Part shown: piece after piece, positions 37,644 to 50,953 of the stretch | How the letters are laid out: every line of letters starts with the position of its first letter | Numbering within the stretch: position 1 is the first letter of the stretch | DNA from: Nymphaea colorata | Taxonomy: Eukaryota | Direction of reading: 5' to 3' | Length of the DNA stretch: 64,000 bases | Assembly: GCF_008831285.2 (NCBI RefSeq) | Contig: NC_045138.2 | Location: forward strand, 31,372,001-31,436,000 | The notes under the pieces: generated by a model | The model's database searches: none | Seen by the model: the letters and a program-made list of their open reading frames with translations, nothing else | Told to the model about the DNA's origin: nothing | Position numbers and translations under genes: made by a program

Positions 37644-40600
37644 GAAAAAACAAAACAATTGAGGTTCTTGTGAGAGAAGATGCATGAGAGGTAAGAACTA
37701 TGCTTAATTTAAAGTACCATGGATAAATAGATGATGTGGTGCCCCGAGGCGCATATTTTCAAATGGACGCGTCATGCAAATACATTGGCACTGAATCTCA
37801 TCATGCAGATATATTGCGCTTCACTCAGCTTTTGTCGCCTCTTGATTCAAACTTACTGAAGTTGGTAGTCGAAAGATTAATCATTTCTTCATTCTTTCAA
37901 GTTGTTCTGTCGAATATATGTGACAAGGTTGATTCAAACTTGGTAATAAGCCTAGTTGAGATTCACAATGTTACACAGTTCCATCTTATGGATTAACCAG
38001 AAAAGTAAAAGAAAAGATAGTTACTGGCAAAAAGTCTATAGAAACAGGCATCTGATACAGGTGTTTCTGTTAACTCGAGTTCAAGATTTGATGAACATTC
38101 CTTTGGTTGCTTCTGTCGGTTGTTTCTGTAAAAAGCTTGCGACCTACCATCCTTTGCAGACTAGCTGCCAATTTAGCTCTTGGAGAAAGAGAGCAACACC
38201 AACCACGGACTACTTACTTATACAGAGAGATCGATTGCCCGGTAATCATAAGATAGTGGAACGCCACCTACCAACGCTTGATGAATTGATTTCATCCAGA
38301 GATTCTCACAACGTGGCCTGCTTGGTGGCTGTTCTTTTCAGACTATGGCACTCCAGACTTCTTGTCGTGTGATGAAGGACCCATTAAGAGGTAAGCTCCT
38401 CGTCATCAGAAAGAACAGAAAGAAATGCTTTCATCTGTTCTTAAATAGTCGTTTTCTGATCGTTGGTGGCTCAATTATGTGAAAAATCGTGCATATCCAA
38501 GTCGATGGCACCTCTCACTCTCTCTCATTGTTCTGATAAAGCAGAGAATGCAATAACCTTTACTGGTTCTTCTCTGGTAGGCGCATCCAGTAAAGCCTCA
38601 GTAGCTCGGTGATGCAGAAGCCACTAGTGGGGTGCAGGTTGTATCTTAGGAAGTGAAGCAGAGGGAGGTGTATCTGATGCCGGACAATAATAGAAACCTC
38701 CATTGTCGCAACTTTAATCATGGTATGGAGAAGTTTTTGCTCCAAATTGGAAAGAAGTTCAACCCCAGGAGGTTTTATCTGGCTCCTTTCACAGGTGATG
38801 CATAAACATGTTGCATTACTTGAAGACAATTGAGCCTTTAAGTGGATGCTCCACAAACTCTGCTTCTTTTTTGGAACTTTCCTTTCTTTTGCCATATCCT
38901 CGCGCTTGTTAGCGTCATTGATTTGCTCATCAGCCACCATTTGTTTGGAAATGGGGAGAAAGGTCATGCGTTGGATGAAAGAAGTCACTGTTATTCTACT
39001 GCAGACAATCCATCGTTCTCACCTTTCAAATCTTTCGAAAGGAGAAAGTGATCATGGATGGTCGAAGAAAGAACACCGAAGCTACTGAGGTCAGAGAGAG
39101 ATACGGATTTTAGCAATTCTCTCGCGGTGTTTGTTTGGGATTGATGGAAGAGTTTCAGCGTAAGATTGATACTCCTAAAGTACTCGATAAGAAAAATTTG
39201 GTGTTTTCCGAGTGCATGTTGATCAAAAATATATTGTTCAAAACATAATGTTAGTATGAAAAGTACAATGTTTTTCTTTCAAGGAATGTAATTAAAATTT
39301 GTCTGTTAGATATAAAAGCAACATTCTTATATCATATTCACTTGGACAAGAACCTATGGTATTATCAGATTATGCGTTTGAAGAATGTATCTGGCAAACA
39401 AACATCATGTTCTTATTATCAGATACGTTATTATGGATGAGTGAAAGGATTACAACCCACTTCATCAAAATTGAAATGGAGAGATGTTGCCTTCTGCGGT
39501 GCTTTTGCTCCGGCCAGTTGCACTATGCCCCTCGAGACAATCAAATATCAAGTCCATCTTCTCAAATTATTACATCTTGCAATGTTCTTGATTGTGTAAC
39601 ATGGCTCACCTTTGTTTGAGTGTGGAAAACACCTTGTCCAAACCATGCACATAAACCCACATTTTCTGACTTTCTATTGTTATAAACTTTCGGTGGACAA
39701 ACAAAACAAAATATTTACAAGAGGGAAAAGATCGGCATTGCTGACCTTTAACCATGAATCACAAAGGATTGACTCAACCCTTGCAGAGCCAAAAAGATCT
39801 GAAGAAAGATGTTAAGAGTTAAGCTTTACAAACAAAGTCGTGGTTAGCTATAGTATTCGATCCTTAACAAATCTACCAAGTTCACACCACCGGCTCCCTC
39901 TCATTTTGATGTTAATGTTTAACCATTCTTCATTAAGCTTTCTTCTCGTAGTTACAAATTACTTGGTTCTTAGAAAATAGAAGGGTGAAGCACCTGATTC
40001 GAGTCACGAGACGACGCTGATGGGCTGCCCGATACGCTCACAAAACGATGATTCGTCTCGGATCTCAATATTTAACGTTCAGTTTATTTGTCATTTGTAA
40101 TTTCAAACTAAAAAGATGTGTTTTCTTCACCCTTTTTCCTCCAACTAGTCTTACTAATTGCCGTCATGCCGTCTGCTAGCATCAAAATATGTATAATATA
40201 TAAACGGGGGCCTGATTTTTTTTTTTTTTTTTCTTTGTGAAAATCATACACCGTAGAGAATGGCTGCATACGTCACCCACTTTGCGCTTTAGACAAACAC
40301 CAATTCGAGAAAACAGTATTCCATTATTTTGAAATCCACTGTTTCTCTCAAACAGTAGGGCTTGAAACTTCAGATCAGCCTCGAATCTTAGATTCGTAGT
40401 TATCATGGATAACTATTATTTTAGTTTTCTATGGGAAAATATCTGCTCCCATTGTAATCCTCATTAGCCAATACATATAAAATTATATATTGTTTTTGAA
40501 TCTAAGATTTGTGTACTTCTCCATCTAAATTTGGATGAAAAAAAAAATTGGCCTTTCACAGCACATCGGGGTGTTTAATCATACCAGCATATAAAATGCA

Positions 40601-41818
40601 TCGAACAGCCGTAATTAGATGAAAAGACCCCAAAGATTTCAGCTCCTCCCCTCCTGAATCTGACTGACATCAAATTATCTAGAAATAACGTATAGCACAT
40701 GCATGAGTACCGGTGGTGGCTCTGTTGATTATAATAAAGGTGAAATCAGTTTTGCAACTTTTTATCAAAGCAGCGTAAATATTTGCATGTATATATATAT
40801 TCGCGTTTCTAGCGAGATTTTTAGCATGGCTTAGCCTTGATTTGATCTGTTCATGTCGGTTTGCTCGGTGATACGTGTGTTATTACGTATCGGCCCATAG
40901 AGTTTCGCCGTTTTAGTTTTGTGAATTAAAAATAATTTAGCATTTAAAAATTAAATTTAAAATAGAAAGTAAAAACTTCCGTCAGCCTTCTGGCTTATCG
41001 GCTACGTATTAATACGTATGCACTGACAACACTCATTTTTATATATACGGCATGTATAAAGAATTTAAAAAAAAATATTGGATAAGATGAGGGTGTTTAG
41101 GTAATTGGAACAAGTAGAAACTAACTTCCTCTCTCCGGCTCTCGCCAATCGATGTATAGCGTAACTGGTTGAACTAAAAGCATGTTAATGGTAGAGTTAG
41201 GTTCGATTTGAATGTAGGCATTTGTGGTTGATGTTTCAAATAAGGGTTGTGTGACCGTAGCATGGTGAACCGCACAAGTTTAGCTAGAATTATATCATGT
41301 AAAAAAAATTAATGATCACAGTTTTAAGCATTTACCTTGACGGCGAATGTAACATTGCATATACATAAATTTTTGTCATTTTTAAAATATACAAAAATAT
41401 AAATGTCATTTTTAAAATGAATAATTTTACTAATTTCTAAAATACTTCATCAAAATTAACAAATCCGTCTAACTCTTCTAAGTTTTTTGTCGCATATGTT
41501 TTCAATTGAAAAAAAAACAAAAAACTGTTAAATCTTTGACTTGAAAACGGACTCCACTCTGGCTCGATCGACTAGAACAAGCCAAAATCATTTCTGAAGG
41601 TAGATCGGAACAGAAACCCAATTCAGGCGACTCTGGTTGGGAAGACAACTCAATGGATATGGACCCCCGCTCCGGTTTTAGGAGTATCATCAGAACCGTC
41701 CGTACAGTCGGGGATTAGAGATCCAACGGCTGGGATGCTCCCAAGCCACCAAAAAACCGCTCCGGCCTTCGCTGACGGAGGGTCCGGAAAGTGGTCCCGG
41801 ATGGACAGGTCACCATCT

Positions 41819-41953
41819 TACGTGGCATTTCAGTTCCCTCTGACGTCTATTATCATATCATGGTTGACCTTTCTTTTCTCATCCATCCAATGGTCTCCTC
41901 CCACGTCAGCGTGTGGGGGCTACATCCATCCTCGCTGCCACGCATAAATATCC
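41819..41953 (+). promoter_or_regulatory. Cluster of ACGT-core bZIP sites plus a TATA-like element upstream of the SULTR3;5-like gene
   Basis: TACGTGGC (ABRE, 41819), TGACGTCT (41841), CCACGTCA (41901) and cataaata (about 41943), followed by a CT-rich leader. Confidence 0.45.
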
Positions 41954-42188
41954 CGTCTTCCCTTGCGGTTTTCACGAACCCAAACTAACTCTCTCCTTCT
42001 CTCCTCCTCCTCCTCCTCTTCTCTCTCTTTCTCTTTCTCTTATCTAGCCGACCTTCTGGCCTTATTGTTTGTTTTGGGAAACATTGCTCTTGCTGAACAG
42101 TTTTTTTCCTGTCTTTCTCATTCTCTCTCTCCCACTCTTGCTCTCTCTCTCGAAGACTCGCTCTACAGGTCGGATAAGGAGAGAAGCC

Positions 42189-45100
42189 ATGACCAAGAGA
42201 GGGGAGAGGGAGAAATGGGCGCCGGCGCCGCCGAGGGGGTTCGGCGAGGCGATGCGGTCGTCGTTGAAGGAGACATTCTTCCCCGACGACCCTTTCCGGC
42301 AACTGGAGGGCCGGTCATTCTGCCGGAAAATGGCATTCGTGATGAAGTACTATTTCCCGATACTGGAGTGGGGGCGCAGGTACAGCATGGGGATGCTGAA
42401 GAGCGACCTCATCTCCGGCATCACAATAACCAGCCTCGCCATCCCCAGGGCATCAGCTACGCCAAGTTGGCCAACATTCCCCCCGTCGTCGGCCTCTGTG
42501 AGTAACTAGCTTTCGTAATATGCTCTCTCGCTCTTGGGACGTTTGTGAAAAGAAGGCGCACTTACTCAATCAAAATTTCTCATTCCTTCCTCTAATAACT
42601 AATAAATTTCATATTGCTCAAATAACGGAAAAGGTAAGCGTTTTGGTTCATTTTTATAATAATATTGAATTGTTTTATTTATCTGTGCTCCAGAACAAAT
42701 TTATAGAAAAATTGTCAAGTGTCTTATGAATTTGCTCCTACATTTGAAGCCAATACATGTTGCCATACTGAGTTCTTGCAACGAAGAGACACACAACGCT
42801 TTCACTGTGGTTTTAATGGAAGCCAACGGAGTTTTCTCAAACATGTACGGCGGAAAATTAAATATTCTAAAATCTGAGGGGGACCATATGCAATTTTTTC
42901 ACGTGACAATTTCAACCAGCAATTGACGCCCCTTCGTCATTGCCGGCGTTCATCCGTCCACGGAAACCGTCATGCTATTGCGAAAAGACTCTTCTACCCT
43001 TTTCAAAAAGAAAAAGGTTTTAAGTAGAGAACAGAAAAAAGATCACGTGGATTTTTTAAAAAAATATATATTTATTCTTTTTTAGTAAGTGTGTGGTGGC
43101 ATGCACGTGCCTGTGCAGGCAAATGCCGTTAATAGTTAAATAACGTTAAATTCTAGTTAACAAATTAAAGTTGTGCAGATTCGAGTTTTGTGCCTCCGCT
43201 CGTCTATGCAATGCTGGGAAGCTCCAAGAACCTGGCCGTTGGGACCGTGGCTGCGGCTTCTCTGCTCATGTCCTCCACACTGAGTCAGGTGGCTTCGCCC
43301 ACGGAGGAGCCATCCCTCTATCTCAGCCTCGTCTTCACCTCCACCTTCATCTCAGGCGTCCTCCAGGCTGCTCTCGGCATCTTCAGGTACGATCTGATCA
43401 GGTTTCAAATGAATCCGAACTGGGTTGGCTGCGAGCTTTATAAGTTCATGCCACTTTCACCCATACTTACAAATATCTTTTTAGAGTTTTAAACGACGAG
43501 GTTTTTATCGGGTATAATAAGATCAGCTTGAAAAAAATATGGTAAATTTTAAAAAATTTTAAAAAACTAAAAAGAAAGGAAATAACATAAATAAGAAACT
43601 AATAACAAACATCAAAGGATAAGTAGATTTGCAACAAATAAAAAAAAACTGTTTGACATTAAAAAACTAAAAAAACGTGAAAAATGCATTTTTTCCATTT
43701 TAAATGTTTTTTCAGAAAAGCTCACTTTTTAAGTTTTGAATGAATTTATCGTACTTTTTTGTGTTTTTTTCAAAAAAAAAAAAGACGTGTGTTTTGAGAC
43801 TATGCTTTCACCCAATAAAAGGGCTGAATCCTCCATCTTTTTTTTAACCCTTCAAGACAACCAAACCTGATTTTGGTGCTTGCTTCTGCTATGCTTCAAC
43901 TTAATTAACACTAGTTACATGAATTTGGATTCAAATTTAGAATTGAACCTAATAAGAGATTTGGATCCTTATAGAATCTTAAATGGGTTTTGGTTTTAGT
44001 ATTAGTTGTGCACCCTCTGGCTAGCTAGAATTGTTCATTGAGCAAACTAAACAAAAAACATTTAAGAATATTGGGAAAACGGGGTTTATGTATTTCTATG
44101 ATCTGCTTCTTAAAGATTGATCATATCAGGATTGTTGGAGCTCAAAGTTTAATCATGCCAATTGTTTTCCTTATTTCGCTGTGTTGGTAGGCTTGGGATA
44201 TTGGTAGACTTCTTCTCGCATGCAACCGTCGTCGGATTCATGGGAGGGACGGCCATAATCATCATTCTTCAACAGCTCAAGGGCTTGCTTGGATTGGAAC
44301 ACTTCACTCATAAAACCAATGTTGTTTCCGTGATGCAGTCCGTCTCCTCTCAAACTCATGAGGTAGGTACATATTTCTTTCTATCTCTTCTCCTTGCTCG
44401 AGGGGCATAGCTTAGCTGGTCGGTTAAGAGGTGCCAAATGGGTCATGTCGCTTGGTCGGTTCCATTGACCTTTTCGTGACAAATATACAAAGATAATGAT
44501 TTTCTTGATAACCTTAAGCGTGAATTTAAGTGCTTGAAGAATTGAAATTGTTTATTGATTTATCTCTAATTTCATCTTTATAATGCGCTACATTTTCATG
44601 TTATCCGTTTCATTTGAGAAACTGGAAGAAAATCAAGTTTCCAACCGCTTCATCTAAGTTCCTAATCTCAATTTGAAACATTATTATCTCGAAGTTTGTG
44701 ACCTTGACTAAGCTTCTTCTTCCTAAATGATTTTATGTTTATTCTGTCTAGCTCAATGGTTATTTTGTGTAGATATGTACTAATTTGTTTGCTCTGTTGG
44801 CTTGCAGTGGAGATGGGAGACTGCTGTTATAGGAATCACGTTCCTTCTCTTCCTCTTAACAACACGCTACATAGTAATGATCAAGCAGAATCCATTTCTT
44901 TTTTTGGTTCAGTTTCGATAAAGTACATGTTATATCACATGGGTAGGCGGAAGCAATGCTCGTGTCCTATCTTTTGGTCCGAATCTTGAAATATTATTTT
45001 GTAAGAATTGGAAGCAAAGTGCAGACAAACTTTCATTGTTAATCACTAAAAATGAAGTAATAATCTTAGTATCAATGAGAGATTTGAAAACATGGACCAT

Positions 45101-45901
45101 ATTGAAATCCACTCCGATGATCAAAATCACTTTGTAATAGCAGTAACAACCTATTTGAATACCTTTTCCAATTTAGAACTTGAAACGGATGCATCACAGT
45201 TGTGGAGCCACATGTGGGCAGTTGCCCACACCAGCTCTTTAAAATTTTATTATTTTTACATTGAAAATTTTAATATTCACTTTTATATCTATATAGGTGC
45301 CCCTGCAGATATGAGTATTTATAAATGAATGCCCCTCGAGCCAATTTTTCTAGCTAAACCACTGATGCACCAAATGCATAGAGTGACATTCTTTACGATC
45401 ATGTAGTCCGGGAAAGTTGGTGCATTCATCATCAACACCATTCTTTCCATTAGGAAATGTTTGATTTAGGTATCTAACTTTTGATTGCAATTCAAAAACA
45501 GACCTAATCACATTTCTGATTTTCTTGACAGAGATTTCACTTTTGCAGACATCTTCAAGTTGGAAAAGATTATGTGATCAATGATTTATGAAATAAATTG
45601 TTAATTAAGTTGGCAAGCTATCTGTTATGCCACATGGATACCGGGAGTACCCAAGTCGTTCGGATTTTCTGGCCATATGGATTTAATGGTTCAAACGATT
45701 TCATTTTCAAAAAAAGTTTATATAAAGTTGGCAAGCTATCTGTTATGCCCACATGGATACCGGGAGTAGCCAAGTCGTTCGGATTTTATGGCCATATGGA
45801 TTTAATGGTTCAAACGATCTCATTTTCACTCGTAAGGATTGTATGATAAATCATGATAGACAATTGAAAGAAAAACAATGATAAAAATATGGACATTTTT
45901 G

Positions 45902-45961
<60 letters not shown>

Positions 45962-48900
45962 TACTAAAAAGCTAAAACTTCATATATGGTGGCAGTGAGA
46001 AACAAGTTGATGGCTGAGAGCACACATTTAGAAATCAAACCATGATAGTTTTCTTTTTAGTAGTTAAGAGAAAGGATGCGTATTAATAATGGTTTGGTAT
46101 TGATATCTTGGAAAATGAATTGCAGAGTATAAGGAGGAAGCGATTATTTTGGATTTCAGCCATTTCTCCTTTGGCATGTGTGATACTGGGAACCACTTTC
46201 GTGTACTTCACTCATGCAGAGAAGCACGGGGTTCCAATCGTAAGTGCGCTTTTCTTAATCTTTTTCCTCCTTCCATCCAAAACACGGCATCATGAACAAA
46301 TGTCCTTATGGTCACAATTTCTTCTTATATTCGTGAGTGAGCTTGTTCGAGCCAGTTCGAGTCGGGCCCGAGTTGGTTGACTTGTTGTGCTGCCTTATGC
46401 TTAAAGGGAGTGAGTTTCACCATTATTTTTCTCTAGTACAACACTTTATGTCACATGGGTATGGGGTGCAGATGCTGCTAGAAGTGCCAATGAAGGTGTA
46501 GTAATTTAAAGAGAAATAATTAACCATGGGTGTATATATATATATATAATAGTCTTATTTATTTATGTATATTTACATTTCATTTATTACAAACATTTGT
46601 TCTAGAGATATTTTAGTAGGATGTACATTTAAAGCATAACCACAAATAACGTTTCAACTATTAAACAGTGAAGTTTTTCTCGGGCATGATACGGCGACCT
46701 TGAAAAAAATGAAGAAATATGATCAATTTTTAAAAATAAAATAAAAACTAAAAATAGAGAGAAAATAAAATAAATAAGAAACTAATAACAAAAACATCAA
46801 AAGATAAGTAGATTTGCAACAAATAAAAAATAAAAATAAAAAGAATGTTTGGCATTAAAAAATGAAAAAAGTGAAAAAATGCATTAAAAATGTGTTTTTT
46901 TAATTTTTAACATTTTTTTCAAAAAAACACATTTTTTAGTTTTAAACGGTAATTTAATTTATCACATTTTTTGCGTTTTTTAAAAAAAAATCAAGTTTTT
47001 TGTGATAAGGATTTAAAGTTGTCAATTTTGATTTAATTTTGGCTCTTGTTGATGTCAGGACATGCTCCCCTTTATACAGAGTCCATTAATCAGCCAGGTT
47101 TTGCTTTTTGCAGGTTGGACAGTTGAAGAAAGGACTGAATCCCTTGTCCATATCAGAACTGAAATTCGAGTCCAAATACTTGGGTGCCACATTAACATCT
47201 GGGTTGGTAACAGGCTTTCTCGCCTTAGCGGTAAGAAAGTTTGCCTCTTATTTAACTGAATTCTGCACTTGGGTGATCCGGTGTGAGGTTGAATGGGAGA
47301 TTTTTCCACTTTAATGGTCTCAATGATTTGGATCCATCTCTATGTTTGGATCTGAATTTTGATCCGGATTGCTTCTATCGGTACCTTATGTTTGAACTTT
47401 TTTCATCAACTAAAACTGAATAACAAGTAATATAAGCATTTATATACATTTAGTAAACTTTGTGTGTTATTTTACACTTCAAAAAATAACAAACTTTAGT
47501 ATTCAGCACCAATATATGACCAAAAAGACATGTAATTAGTTGACGATATATATACATATATATATATATATCAAACCGAGATGGCACCGACACTAACTAA
47601 CATTGGCAGCACTGAAAGGCCGGCATTATCCGGTAGGGAGGAATTCAGAGAAACTGCTGCTCAGAATGAATCATTTGCAGACTTGCCCATTCGATTAAGT
47701 ACTGAATCAAGTGGCCATAAAAATTGGGTTCTCCCACACCAGGATATTATGAGTGTCGGAATCTTAGCAATTCCGATTTCGGCCGGGGTTTTAGCTATAA
47801 ATCGTTCCGGTTATTTGTAGTCTGTTCTAATTGCTACTGATAATACAGGAAGGCATTGCTGTCGGAAGAAGCCTTGCCATCTTCAAGCACGAACAAATTG
47901 ATGGTAATAAAGAGATGATTGCTTTTGGGATGATGAACATTGTCGGCTCCTGCGCATCTTGCTACTTGACAACAGGTTCCTCTCTCTCTCTCTCTCTCTC
48001 AGTGGCTTACAGGAATCACTAGGCAAGGACTTGCATAATGTATTTCAGGCTGAAGCCATCTCAGTAAATTGCATGTTGATGCATGTCTTTTTCAGCTGTA
48101 CATATCTGCTTGATTGCACTGTTTCTTATACTAGGCCCTCTGCAACTTTTCAGGGCCATTTTCGAAATCGGCTGTGAACTACAATGCCGGTTGCAGAACG
48201 GCAGCTTCTAATGTTGTCATGGCCATCGGCATGATGCTCACGCTGCTATTTCTGACACCGCTCTTCTATTACACTCCATTGGTGGTGCTATCAGCAATCA
48301 TAATTTCCGCCATGCTCGGCCTGATCAAGATAAAGGAAGCTTATCACCTCTTCCGCGTCGACAAATTCGACTTCTGCATCTGCATGTCCGCTTTCTTTGG
48401 AGTCGTCTTTGCTAGCATGGATGTAGGCCTCATGCTCTCCGTAAGTCTGCCAACCGATCTTCGCTATCGTAAATCAGTGGATCCTTAATTCTTGATCTAG
48501 ACAGATTCAGTTTGTCATGTGAATGTGATGTTACACAGCAGACTGGAAATTGACAAGTTGATAATCTTCTTTTTTAAATTCTCTTTTTCCTTTACAGATT
48601 CATGAAATCAGTAAATTTAGGTTGGGCAGTTTTCATTCGCTTGCCGTAGAACACTAAAAATCTGCAGCTGAGTATGTTTAAGGGCTCACATAAATCTCAT
48701 TCTTGTGAGAAATTCTCACATTGTCACAAATTCTTTTTCGAGTATAAAACGGAACTGAAAGGTTTTTCTCAGGTACAGGTATCGTTTGGCCAAGTTGATA
48801 ATCTCGGGAAAATCTTGGTAAGTTTTTAAAAATTTAAAAAACTAAAAGTGAAGCGTGAAGAATGTGAAATTAAACTTCTGTCAATTAAAAAATTGAAAAA

Positions 48901-50953
48901 ACGTGAAAATGCAAAAAATGAAAAAAGAGAGAAAAATACGCGTTTTTTTTTAAAAAAACACACACACATTTTTCCCTTTCTCGACTGACTTGTTTTTAAC
49001 TTTTTTTTTTTGGTGTTTTTTTTTAATAAGACGTGTTTTCTATGACAATGCTTTAGAATAATATAAGCATGAAGTAGTGTGAGCCTTTAGAAGAACATAA
49101 AGTAAAATATTTTGTCAAAGTTTGGCCTTTGGGATGCTATAGCTGTTGTAACAGGTTGTTTTGGTGCAGAATTTTAAGACCGTGGCATTAAATTGTGTTG
49201 ATAACTTTAATAGTTTTCTCTTCGTCTAGCAGGTTGGGCTCTCCATTGTAAAAGCTCTGCTCTACGTGGCTAGGCCAGGCACAGCCTTGCTGGGGCGTGT
49301 CCCGAACACAACGAGTTATGTCGATATTGAACAATACCCTTCTGCAACTATGATTCCCGGCGTCCTCATTCTGCAGCTGGGCTCGCCGGTTTACTTTGCA
49401 AACGCTGGATATCTGAGAGAAAGGCAAGTAATTGGTGGACAAAAACATGGGCACAATAACTTTGCTATTAAAATGGTAACTGGACATATTGCTTCATTAA
49501 TATCATGATGTTTCACAAATGATTTTGAATCCTTGACAAACTTTAGCAGTTAATCACTTGCTTTACATTTTTTCAAAGTTAAAACTTGTTTTAGATTCTT
49601 AGAATTCTTGTCCTTGGTGTATCTAACCTTTTGTGGGTCTAAAAGTTTGTTCATTGTCCTTTATTCCTTCTTAATTTTTTAGTTTTTGTCGGTGTAGGAT
49701 TTGGAGGTGGATAACTGAAGAAGAAGAACGTATATCAATCCATGGCAGAAGCGAACTAAGTTACTTAATACTTGACATTAGTGGTAAATGACAAGAACTT
49801 TAATTTATGTGCATCTGTATCTGCAGACATCAAGCTTGTAATGCATGCTATGGTGAGAATTGCAGCTGTGAAGAATGAAAATTTTGAGCAGGGTTTCATA
49901 ATGCCCAGCAAAAATTCTATATCATCTGAAGGACATGTTCCTAGCAAATTAGCTTGATTATTCTGTTTTCAGTCTCAATTCCTAAAGTCAGTATGTGGCA
50001 TTTGGATGTGGCTTGCATGAATATATTCATCAACTCCATCTTATATGTACCAAGGAGAGTTGGATTTCATGAATTGTATACATTAGTGCTGCTGCAATTG
50101 ATACCACATGCATTCGTGCTTTTTTCTGTTTCATTCACATTTATGAACGGCAAAATTAGCTGCAGAAGAATAAGCAAACAGGTTTTGTCCTGCAGGATTA
50201 ACCAGCATTGATACCAGTGGAATTGGTATGCTGATAGACTTGAAGAAAGCACTAGACATGAGGGGAATCAAGGTAAAGAACCAACCTGCAAAAGCACATC
50301 CCAACATCATTAGAACACAATATTTCCTAGCCTCTCACTTTGACATCTAGCATCTACAAACTTTCAACTTGCAACTTGTTATAACTATTTCTGCTAGCCA
50401 GCAGCATAAGAACAGATGCAAAGACCCATGTATAGTCTCGCCATTGGTAAACAGTGGCAGAGCCACATATGGGATGGTGTGGGCAGTTGCCCACCCTAGC
50501 CCCTCAGTGTTTCTTTATTTTTACATTGACATTTTCAAATATTTGTTCTGTTATATATATAGGAATGCCCCCTTGAATATGTAAATATGCGAAAGACTGT
50601 CCCTCCATAAGAATTTTCTGGCTCCACCACTGTCCATGACCAACTGCACACAAATCCTGCTACTCTTCTTATCGTTTTGCATCATAGTTCGCCACAAAAA
50701 TATTAACTAAATTTCATGGTTTCCTTTGCAGCTGGTTCTTACAAGCGCGGGAAGGGAGGTCACCGAGAAGCTGTCATTGTCAAAATTTTTTGAATCTGTA
50801 GGGATTGAGTGGGTTTTCCTAACGCTTGCTGAAGCAGTAACGGAGTGCCAGTTCTTGCTAGAGCACCAAGAGAAAGGAAAACAAACAGAGGACCATGAGT
50901 ATGTTGCAGTAGAGCTGATGGGACACAGAAACAGCACTTTAGCCCAAGAGTAG
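42189..50953 (+). CDS. SULTR3;5: Group-3 sulfate transporter, SULTR3;5/SST1-like; 12 exons, about 658 aa after correcting a 1-bp frameshift at 42443-42446
   Basis: Exons: 42189-42497, 43179-43386, 44191-44362, 44808-44873, 46126-46239, 47114-47230, 47849-47975, 48154-48440, 49233-49423 (GC donor), 49698-49783, 50196-50272, 50732-50953. Internal exon lengths (208, 172, 66, 114, 117, 127, 287, 191, 86, 77) are identical to the minus-strand paralog. The total of 1976 nt is one short of a multiple of 3. Motifs LAVGTVAAASLL, EQIDGNKEMIAFG and DKFDFCICMSAFFGVVFASMDVGLMLSVGLS resemble the SULTR3;5 clade. Confidence 0.85.
43465..43804. mobile_element. Family B MITE copy (SULTR3;5 intron 2)
   Basis: gagttttaaacgacgaggtttt...aaaatatggtaaattttaaaa...aagtagatttgcaacaaat...gttttgagactatg. 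Confidence 0.75.
45197..45364. mobile_element. hAT-type MITE (family A, CAGTGGCGGAGCCA-like TIRs)
   Basis: Termini cagttgtggagcca / tagctaaaccactg, flanked by atgcatca / atgcacca (7/8 TSD). Internal gtgggcagttgcccac palindrome. Confidence 0.75.
45608..45828. repeat. Recent 2-copy tandem duplication (unit about 118 bp) in SULTR3;5 intron 4
   Basis: aagttggcaagctatctgttatgcc(c)acatggataccgggagta...ggccatatggatttaatggttcaaacgat.tcattttca occurs twice with few mismatches. Confidence 0.9.
46635..47010. mobile_element. AT-rich hAT-type MITE (family B) with a perfect 8-bp target-site duplication
   Basis: TSD atttaaag at 46627-46634 and 47011-47018. Termini cataaccacaaa / tttgtgataagg. Internal aagtagatttgcaacaaataaaaaa is shared with other copies. 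Confidence 0.8.
48718..49050. mobile_element. Family B-related MITE (SULTR3;5 intron 8)
   Basis: cattgtcacaaa...ggtaagtttttaaaaatttaaaaaactaaaa...gacgtgttttctatgacaatg; the termini cattgtca/tgacaatg are inverted repeats. Confidence 0.6.
50452..50632. mobile_element. Family A MITE (SULTR3;5 last intron)
   Basis: TIRs cagtggcagagcca / tggctccaccactg; internal gtgggcagttgcccac. Confidence 0.78.

Noticed and set aside
10200..42000. miR395 or other conserved miRNA hairpin near the sulfate transporters
   Set aside because: I saw no match to the miR395 mature sequence by eye, and the visible inverted repeats are MITE termini. A miRBase or Infernal search would be needed to exclude one.
41963..42505. 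180-aa ORF ending in [17 protein letters not shown] taken as the true SULTR exon 1
   Set aside because: Only the last 17 residues or so are SULTR-like. The conserved [10 protein letters not shown]...SLAIP part is in the other frame, so this ORF results from the 1-bp deletion.
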